NCBI RefSeq assembly: GCF_002105155.1
Contig: NW_019028999.1
Location: 496,001-560,000 of the forward strand
Origin: Lobosporangium transversale
Lineage: Eukaryota
Reading direction: 5' to 3'
Length of the DNA stretch: 64,000 bases
The translations under genes were made by a program, and so were the position numbers. This document shows, piece after piece, positions 52,772 through 64,000 of the stretch. The notes beneath the pieces were generated by a model. It had not been told where the DNA came from, ran no database searches, and was given only the letters and a program-made list of their open reading frames with translations. Position 1 is the first letter of the stretch; every line of letters begins with the position of its first letter.

Positions 52772-55216
52772 ACTCCATGCTTAAAGAGTGAGTGTGGACT
52801 TCATTCCTCGGCTCTGCCACTGGGGCTTGCATATAACATCCTTCCGTTACTCCAGAACAACTACGCCTCAAAAACAATGACCGGCTCCACATCTTAAACA
52901 ATTTTCCTACTCTTTTTTATAGGTCTGCAATTATAATTTAGTCCATAGACATTGTATATATCACGGTATTTTTTTACCATCTATGTATTTTTCGTCAGAT
53001 TCTCTGGAAAATAATTCTGATACTTATGATGCAGCCATGGATAGCCTTGAAGAAGCTATTATTGAAGGGAAAGGCAATCCCTACATCAGGAGTCTCGCAG
53101 AACATAACTAAAAGGGTAGATCACGAATTAAGCTACTCAAAATAGCAGAACTTTATTCTGCTCTCTATCTGACTCTACAGTAAAGGAACAGTAGCTATTT
53201 CTAAGCCATGGACTCTACCTTTCTAAATCAATCTAGCCAGCTGTGGATTGACCACGGGATTTAACTTCTTTCTCCTAGACTCGTCAATCTCCCCTACCAT
53301 TGCTGTCTCGGGCGCTTTGCAGACACTACTAAGAAACCCCTTTGTAACCCTGTTACTGCCGCGACGGATTCAGACCCTTTGAGTTGCTTTTAAGGCGACA
53401 TATGAAGACATATCTTACTAGTGTTACCCTTCGGATATCTTCCCTTTATATACTTTCTCCTTGTCTCCGATGGACCTTCTTGTTAGCGCGTTTTCTTTTC
53501 GGTACGCGCTTTGGTGGGGATGATGGCGATGATACGATGATACGACGATGCAGCGGTGGCATCGTGTAGCATTAAGCTACCTTGTGACTGCAAACTAGTC
53601 TAAATTTGCTTTTACTCCTGTGGCCTATAGCGAACGGTTCCACTCTCTCTGTTTAAATATTAAAGATGATTGTTCGGTTGTCATTGTGTATGTAACCGTA
53701 GTTGTGATCGCTCACCAAAGGAATATAGGCTTGCTGGTTCCCACGATTCTGGCGCTTACGCTGCGACGATAGGCTTTCGTATGATAAATAGCTCAAAGAT
53801 GGAGTTTGGGATGGGTGTCTCTTCCGTAGGTTCCTCATCACGCGCATAGCCCTACTGCTACATATTACCGAAGCTTAAGAGAGCACCTTAAGGCCACGTC
53901 CATTTTTATTCATGGGTCAGGACATTATATGGTGGGGCCTTAATAAGAGTCTTTCGCCTGGCAACAATAATAAAAATAATCTATAATCTCCTTGTCATCC
54001 ATAGTTACAAAACATTACAGGGTTGTATATATTTATGGCATCATTTTTTTTGTTTTGTGTCGTGTTTGTAGTCAGTCAAATATTTTTGTGAAAGCAAATC
54101 TCTTAATTTCAATGATGTGGTTCATTACCGGCGAATATGTCTTCTGTCGATCAGTTGTTTGAGGAACTAAAAAGGAATTGAGGGCTCAGTTCACACATTC
54201 ATCTTTTCATTCGACAAAGGGAAACACACCAGAAAAAGACAAGTCGCATGATAGTTTAGCATACATGGAAGATAGGGCCCCGTATGGACTCTCCGAAACC
54301 AATCTGTGATCACAAGTGCTTCCTGGACGCATAGACTCTAACAATATATTCAGATGAATTTATCGGTCATGCTGTGTTACCAAGGACTTGATTTTTTCTC
54401 ATCACCACGTTACATCCCCTCAACACATTCTCACACAAGAGAATTAATTTAAACCACACTCCAATAATTTCAACAGACCCAGCACCCAGCAAAGCGAAAC
54501 CTACTCCCACAATTTTTAAGCAGCAATTACCAATCCGGATACATACATCAAGAGAAGGCAACAAGATATAGGAGCAACAGAACTCACAAACCAAGGGTGG
54601 CATAAGCATATACACCAATACTATTTCGCAGCCTCAATTACAGTGGTGATGATAATCATTTTATTTGTGCAGCTTCAGTGTTTGCTGATCTATTCTCCTA
54701 TTCTTTTCAACATCTAAGATTGCTTTCTCTGGCTGGATCGATCTTTCTTTGGAGGCGTTTATTTGACTATATGGATGGCGGTCAAGGAGTTTATACGCCC
54801 AAGAAATCATCCATCCTGTGAAGACTTTGTTGGACAAGTTGCTTGTATTGTGTCAAACATATTTTCATCGCAATGTAATGGCGGCGCATAATGTATATAA
54901 TACTATTCGTGGTCACTCAGACAAGAACGGCTGCATCACTTTCAGCCTGTGGATGCGGAGGAACAGTCTCCTTGGATACATCAAAGAGCAATATCAGCGA
55001 CAGACACAAGCACAAGACCAGACATAGACACAAGTATTAGGACAGGCACAGGGTCGAGTCTTAATCAGAATACAGCGTCGACCCGTGGCCAGAGCAACAA
55101 GAAGCCAGTAGTATAGGGAGGGCGCAAGAAAATTTAATAGTTAGAATAGTTAGACTAGAGTTTACATAGATATATATGTATTCCCAAGCACCAGATTGCT
55201 CCTTCGGTGATGATTG
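52772..55216 (+). mobile_element. Eroded insertion containing a second Fanzor relic, flanked by a 17-bp direct repeat
   Basis: GGCCAAGATTGTGCTGT at 52755-52771 and 55217-55233. The interior holds a Fanzor C-terminal relic and weak PIN-like relics. Confidence 0.65.
54705..55027 (+). pseudogene. Fanzor1 RuvC C-terminal relic
   Basis: Frameshifted reading VKEF..PSCEDFVGQV..CQTYFHRNVMAAHNVYNTIRGH..QER..FQPVD..PW corresponds to RuvC-II E, zinc finger and RuvC-III HR(D>N)xxAAxN. Confidence 0.8.
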
Positions 55217-55218
55217 GG
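55025..55218 (+). ncRNA. Candidate Fanzor omegaRNA scaffold / element right end (copy 2)
   Basis: TAGACACAAGTATT..GGCACA shared with copy 1. Stems GGGTCGA/TCGACCC and CCCAA-CACC/GGTG-TTGGG, the latter closing at the direct-repeat junction. Confidence 0.45.
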
Positions 55219-55286
55219 CCAAGATTGTGCTGTTTTCGATGCTTCTAAAATCAAGGGTCATCTACGTTGTTATCCTATAAAAAACT

Positions 55287-56810
55287 TTAAAGGCCAGAAG
55301 GATCCTTGATATCTGCGCTAAAATCTTTGAATGATCGAGAGTCACTTGACGAAGATGAGGAGCGACGGAAAGGAGGTGGCTTCGAATCACTCTGAACATC
55401 ATCGTCACTATCCAGATCCTGATAAGGTGGTGGGGCTATAAATGTCGAGTCGTCATGCTGTCTTGTATCTTGGAGATGCTCTGGTCGAGGCGAGGTAACC
55501 TTAACATCCACTAAACGAAGATGATTAAGACGGAAAAACAAATCTCAGTTGCCTTATACATAGTATATTATTAAAAGCATCATTGACTGGTGGTGTCCAT
55601 CAACTTACTTTCTATCCGGAGCTCCTTAGCATCCCTTTCCGCTATTGTATTCGTCCGTACCATCATGATCAACTTTAGGCAATGTCTCTTGATTAGGGGA
55701 TCACTTTCGATCGAAGCTGCAAGTTGCCTTGCACCGGGTAGCTTTACTGTGATAGTCTTTGTGAATCCTTGGCTTGTCTGTGGCCATTCTGTAGTTGGGA
55801 TTGAAAGACTGAATATGTCCTTTTTTTCCTTTCTCTTTTTTGTGAACAGCTTATGCCTCTCCATCAAAGTCGTATATTGTTTCAGCTTTACACAAGCGCT
55901 CATCACTATCAGCTTCTGATCTTTGAAAATGCTATTGTCTCGGAAAGGCTCAAACTGAATTGTCAAGGGAACATATTGCTCTTGGTATAAAACATTGGAT
56001 GGTAGAGTACAGCTAAATGGCATCACATCATTAAAGACCTCCCTATAGAGTCTAGGTTGGGGTTGCTCATCAGCTCTAATTGAACTACTATAGACCCAGG
56101 CCAGCTGTTTTACCGCCATGTCCCGCCGAGGAAAGTCGCGTTTAATGTGTGCTTTGAAGCGATAATGGAACCAACCCCGTTGACCATGAATGGAAGGCGG
56201 TAATCCTGGGTCGAGTTGTACTTCAAAGTCATAGCGTGTTACGCCAGGGGCAATAGTCTTTGGATTGGTTCGGTTCAATGGAGCGTTCCAAGTCTTTTCT
56301 TGGAAGCGTGAAATCTGATGGAAGCTCGCGGATGATTGACCATAGTGCTCTTTATGTGACAATGAGATATGTTATGTCCAGAATGAGTATCAGTTTTTGT
56401 ATTACGCATGATACACGAGCGAGAATATAACACAAAGTCAAGGTCCATACTGCTTTTTAACCATGCACACACCTGTCCATTTTGACTCTGCTCTTGCTTC
56501 GAATGATATGGTGATGTCGCTTCCATTAGTTGGCTTGACAGAACGAAACTCAACATGACCAGTGATAACTACGAATATGATGTTATAATTATTTTTGTAA
56601 TATAAGCAAATTTGATGATAGACGGCAATATCACAAATTAGACATTAAGAAAGGAGCCGATGGAAATTCAGAGTATAAGATTTTCACCTTACCTGCAGGC
56701 TGTTCTGGTGTGGAATAATAAAGAGGTTGGTTCTCAGGCCCCATTTCCGGTGAGTGGAAATGAAACGAGATGGACTTATCGTTGTCCTTGTCGAAATCTA
56801 AGATAGCCAT
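55287..56810 (-). CDS. Alpha-arrestin (arrestin-related trafficking adaptor, multi-exon)
   Basis: PGVTRYDFEVQLDPGLPPSIHG..HYRFKA (arrestin N), VKLKQY..KRHCLKL (arrestin C) and a C-terminal PPPY motif. Confidence 0.85.
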
Positions 56811-57111
56811 AATGTGGTAGAATATCAAGCTTGTTTCGTGTGAAGTGAAGAGGATCGCAAAAAAAAAAGAAAGCAAAATAGCTTATTTATATTTGTTGGT
56901 GTGACAACTTAAATGTAATTACCGCCGCTTCGAAAAGTCGACGGCGAAATAACATTGCCATATGACATGTATATGTGCACTTAATTGAGTTTGACGCATT
57001 TATTCATTTTTTTAACTTTAACGTCACTATCTTTGCAAATAAAGTTCATGTAAAACGCAGTCCAAAGTCGAAAGCCATCCAATGTTAAGATACTGTTAAG
57101 ATCAGCGCACT

Positions 57112-59167
<2,056 letters not shown>

Positions 59168-59843
59168 TGATTGTTTGAATGTGTGAATGGAGACGAATGA
59201 AAGACTTGGAGAAAGAGAAAGAGAGAAAGGAAGAGAGAGCCTTAATACGAAAAACAAAGGGTTAAAAAACGGTCCACAAACTCTAAAAGGGAAATTTAAC
59301 AACCAGAATTATTGGGCTGTGGAATCCAAGGTTTAGGCAGAATTATTGGGCTGAGGACCTACATCCCGACAGAATAAATGCAGTATAAATGAAGAAAGAG
59401 AGAGAGGGCTAAGATGGATCCCAACAGAATATATGCAGTAAATATGAAGAGAGAGAGGGCTGAGTCAGAACCCGTGTATTCATGCCACCGGATCAAAAAT
59501 ACAGCGCCCATTTCATTTTGGTCACAGCCCCATATATTTTTAATCCAAAAACGATAATTGAATTGGTTTGGTGGTATCTCACTACGTGATGTTTGCAACA
59601 AGCGAGTCAATTGGCTGTCAATACAATTGGGAGAGTATTCAAAAAATATAAGAGTTCGCGACCAACTTATAAATGTCTGTGCGTTTGTTGAATAATAAAT
59701 AATGTGGCTTAACATTGATTTTCCACACCGGGCATCTACGGACTGCATTTAGAGAAAGTATGAGAAAGAGGATCATAATTAGTTCAATAATCCCATCACA
59801 TTACATTCGCCTCTTCTCCACTCTTCAAATCAATTCCTACATC

Positions 59844-61081
59844 ATGAACTTCCTTGCCCGCACTGCTCGTGCTGTCCGCCCTGTGCGTATGGGTATGCTT
59901 TAGCTTGATAATCCCTTTTCTATTTCTTCTTCCTGCCTGTGATCACTCCTCAATCACTCCTCCTCACTGTTATTCTTCAAAAAAAGAAAAAAGCTTTTCG
60001 ACAAACGCCACACATTCAAACATTGTATTCTTGACATTATGACGCCAAGCGATTTCTTAGACCATTCTATTCTTCAAATCTACATTAGCTTCATTTTTTG
60101 CATTATTTCTTTTTTTACGTGCACTAATCACTAACAAGTTCTCGCGTGGACAATATTCTTTCATTTAAATCTAACATACTGCATTCATGCTTGTATTTTT
60201 TTTGCAGTTCGTTCCTATGCCACTGAGGCTGCCGCTACTGGCCTCCGTTTGACCTTTGCTGTCCCTCACCAGGTAATTAAATCGGGATGAATTCTAGACA
60301 TTTAGAATATTCATTTATTCATCTGGTTTAGATCAATCTGGAGAATGTTCCTTTCATTCAACTAAATTAACCAGAAACACTGCGAAATGTACATCACAGA
60401 CCATTTACAAGGATGTCTCGGTTACTCAAGTCAACATTGCTGCTGTCTCCGGCGACATGGGTATCCTTGCTAGCCACGTGCCATCCATTGAGCAGCTTCG
60501 CCCAGGTCTTGTTGAAGTTCTCGAGGCTACTGGCTCTAAGAAATTCTTTGGTAATTCAATTTTACTACACCTAGATAGCATTCGGATAAACAGACAATCT
60601 TGATTCCGCCGGGTAGTCACAGAGCCTATATGACCATACTTAAACAATTGGATGCTGCTTCATGGAACCCACTCGACCAGACAATCTATAACGTCAGAAA
60701 GGATCTAAGGATGCAAACATATTTGGAGTTCTGCGCTGATTTTTTTTTTCTGCTATTGTAATGTTTTCATTCCATTAGTCTCTGGGGGCTTTGCTACCAT
60801 GAACCCTGACTCCAGCCTTAACATCAACGCCATTGAGGCTTTTCCCGTTGAGGACTTCAGTTCCGAGGTACGTTACATATGATTTCGATAAACCTTTTAT
60901 TTTCATTGCCTGCTCGTTGTACCAACCCCCCCTTCCCAATGTTGCGTGATAGGCCGTCCGCCATAATCTTGCCGAGGCCCAGCGCCTTTCCAACTCTGGA
61001 GCCACTGAAGAAGAGAGGATTGCTGCCAAGATTGAGGTCGAAGTCCTTGAATCTCTCCAGGCTACTCTCAATGCCAAGTAA
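59844..61081 (+). CDS. ATP16: Mitochondrial F1 ATP synthase delta subunit (multi-exon)
   Basis: LRLTFAVPHQ, VTQVNIAAVSGDMGILASHVPSIEQLRPG, KFFVSGGFA, INAIEAFPVEDF. Confidence 0.95.
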
Positions 61082-61526
61082 ACTGGGGGACACCTGTTGG
61101 ATAAAGAAATGAAAGTGATAGGATTAGGAATACAGATAGAGCGCTTCTAAAAACTATTTAAAGCAAAATCAAATATTTTGGAGTTTGTTCGCCAGGGGAA
61201 AGAATCACGATTTAATGTCAGCAAACCAGACCTTTATTTGCAATTACACTATGGTTTAGAGAGTGAGACGGTATCTCTTATCCTACTGTCAGGTCGAGTA
61301 TTTTTTCTTTTAGTCAAATTCAACAAGCAACATTGCCCAGTGGAAGTTGTAGATGTAAACTTCGCAGCGGAATTACCAAAGTTTGGCTCAGTGATCAGCT
61401 TAGCGAAGATTCTTGGATGAAGAGAGCATGTATGGTTCAAATGAGGGCTTTATTATGACATGAGAGGAGAGCGTGAAAACAATTCTGGATAAGTTTTAGG
61501 AGTGTAATAAATGAATAGCAAATGTT

Positions 61527-63032
61527 TTACAAGTTAGAGATGATAGCGAAGGTAAAATCGGTGGTAGTGTTGGAACCACCCATATCAGGAGTCTTGACAG
61601 CGCCGCTCAAAATAGTCTTGGAAACGGCGTTAGCAATCTTGTTAGCATAATCATCGAGACCGAGGTGACGAAGCATCATGACCGATGAGAGAACCATGGC
61701 TGAGGGGTTAGCAGTATTGCGTCCCTGGATGTCCTTTCCGACGTGACGGCAGCCCTAGACATCACAAAAGAGTGTTGTTAAGCAATGTTAGATGAGGAGA
61801 AAAAAAAAAAAAAAAAAAAAAAAGGATATTGATTATTCAGCAACGCCTGTATAAAACTTACAGGCTCAAACATGGCATACTCGCGGCCGATGTTGCAGCC
61901 GGGAACAATACCCGGACCGCCAACAAGACCGGCACCAACATTAGAGACGATATTTCCATACAGGTTAGGCATAACCATGACATCAAATTGTTGAGGTTTA
62001 GAGACCAACTGCATAGAAGCATTGTCGACAATCATATCCTCAAACTTGATTCCGGAGCTGGCATACTCCTTGGAGACTTCACGACAGGTCTTGAGGAAGA
62101 GACCATCAGCCAACTTCATGATATTGGCCTTGTGAATGCAGGTAACCTTCTTGCGGCCATTGCGGAGGGCAAAATCGAAGGCAAAGCGAGCAATGCGCTC
62201 TGATTTCGTGCGAGTGATAACCTTGAGGGACTCGACAACTCCAGGGTACGACTGGTGTTCGAGACCAGAGTATTCGCCCTCAGTATTCTCACGAATGATG
62301 GCGAAGTCAACTCCTTCGTGGCGGGTGGGATAGCCAGGAATGTTCTTGCAGAGAACCAGAGAAGCATACATATCCAGATCTTTGCGGATCGTGACGTTGA
62401 AGGAGGAGTGGCCCAAGGAGGAGACAGGCGTATAGAGGATTCCCTTAAGACCGACCTTATTGCGTCTAAGGGATTCGACCGACTGCTTAAAAGTGGTATC
62501 ATCAGCAGAAGTATACCCAGAGACATCAAATTGCTCCCAGTCAACAGGCACATTGGCAGCCTTGAAGATGGTCTTGACAGCCGAGGCAGTTTCCTGACCG
62601 ATACCATCACCAGGGATCAGAGTGACAGTGTAGCGGCCTCCAAGCTTCGAGTTTGGAATCTGATGTATTCGTGAAAAATCAGCACTAGTCAGCCTTCCAA
62701 TATCTCAAAATTCCGTTATGTAGCTGCGACAGTATTTACAAGGTCTGAAATTAGATCTGATCTAAGATCCCATATGCAACGTATTATACACTTACGTCCT
62801 GACCCTGAGGCACAATGGTGGAGGCAGAAGTGCTCATGGCACGAGGGCCCATCTATTGTGACAAATGTTGTGATCTCAATGTTAGTCGACACTGAATGTT
62901 GTTCTTTTTTTTGAAACATCAAGAAGAGATGGAAAAGCGTAATGTTTGTGATCAAGATGAATCGTGTAGAATGAGGCTCACCTTGCTTAGGGTGGCGGCC
63001 AAAGGCTTGGAAAGAGTAAGGGTGCGCAACAT
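61527..63032 (-). CDS. IDH1: NAD-dependent isocitrate dehydrogenase subunit 1 (multi-exon)
   Basis: [71 protein letters not shown]. Confidence 0.95.
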
Positions 63033-63464
63033 GGTGACAAAGTCGCAGGAAAGGACAGGAGTGGAAGAGAAGAATAAAAAAGTGGGGAGAGAAAAGGATA
63101 GGAGGACGAAAGAGAGGCAAGAAAGAGATGTAATTTTTTTTGTTTATTTGTTTACATATACTCTTTGTTACATTCAGTGTATTAAACTCAGCCAAAATGT
63201 GGTCGACTCAATTGAACGGCAAAATAGATTTTTAGGAGATACCATATCTTCATATCTTTCCATGACGTTAGGAGTAATGGCTCTCAAAAAAATATATTAT
63301 CAACTTGCATCTGTAAAAGCTTTTCAGAAAACGGCAACCCCGTTTTGGATATACACCATCGCAGATTAAAATTGAGTCACGTGAACATATTGTAGTAGCA
63401 GTCACTGAACAACAAAAAAAAAAAAAAACGGGCTAACTTCTCATTCTCATTCAATAGTACAGGA

Positions 63465-64000
63465 ATGGAGGCCAAGATACAGTACAAAGACAAGAATGAA
63501 CTTTTCAAAGCTCTTGCTGACTTGAAGGAGGAGCTGATATATATAGGCATGTCGACATAATTGTTCAATATTCAGCTATCCAAGTATTTGAGGTATGCAA
63601 CTTAATAAATTTTAAGTATTTGACAACGGATAATATTTAGGGTTGAAGCGTCTTCGACAGCAGCTGAACGTTCGGCCCAACTCAAGTGACCCTATTGAAA
63701 GTTTACAGGCCACAAAATCGCTTGCTGTTGTGTATGCATATGTTGAGGAGTTTTCAGAGTGTACTCAGCTTTTCAAGATCTGGGAATGGCAACAGCAACA
63801 CGATGTGCGCAAGATTGAGGCTTCAATTGTTGAAGTTTTCTCTAAACTTATCCATCAGTGTAACACAGCCCTCTATCGTACATACGCTATTAAGATAACA
63901 AGATCGATCCTACAAAATCAGAGCCGTATGACTGCAATCTACAAAAATCTCTCATCGGGACGCCAAAACACTGTCCAAGCTACCCTACGACTATTGACAG
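63465..64000 (+). CDS. URB1: 5' part of nucleolar pre-ribosomal-associated protein 1 (runs off window)
   Basis: Open frame from 63641 to the window end not listed in the ORF track: YVEEFSECTQLFKIWE...AIYKNLSSG...ATLRLLT resembles the Npa1/URB1 N-terminus. It joins an upstream exon through an apparent GC-AG intron. Confidence 0.6.

Overview
This is an intron-rich fungal genomic window. Gene content and long intronic poly-A/T tracts suggest Mucoromycota/Mortierellaceae (inference). Housekeeping genes: SQOR, a divergent protein kinase, CDC27, AIM24, GDE1, DOP1, a PX-BAR sorting nexin, an alpha-arrestin, class II DAHP synthase, ATP16, IDH1 and the 5' part of URB1. Three accessory zones interrupt them. 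(1) 12.9-23.1 kb is a transposon cluster around tRNA-Thr(TGT): TA-flanked MITEs, a large inverted-repeat element, a tRNA-headed SINE with a 19-bp TSD, and a same-orientation stack of 5'-truncated LINE ends upstream of the tRNA. (2) 30.5-34.2 kb is a decayed, spliced gene joining an XPG/FEN1-type PIN nuclease domain to a Fanzor1-type (TnpB-derived) RuvC nuclease. (3) 52.8-55.2 kb is a second, more eroded element with apparently the same layout, bracketed by a perfect 17-bp direct repeat. The two Fanzor copies are divergent in protein but share an exact 14-nt motif starting at the stop codon (TAGACACAAGTATT) plus similar downstream hairpins, a candidate omegaRNA. This PIN-Fanzor element with no visible transposase is the main candidate for an undescribed system. 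All calls come from manual reading and motif recognition; no searches were run.
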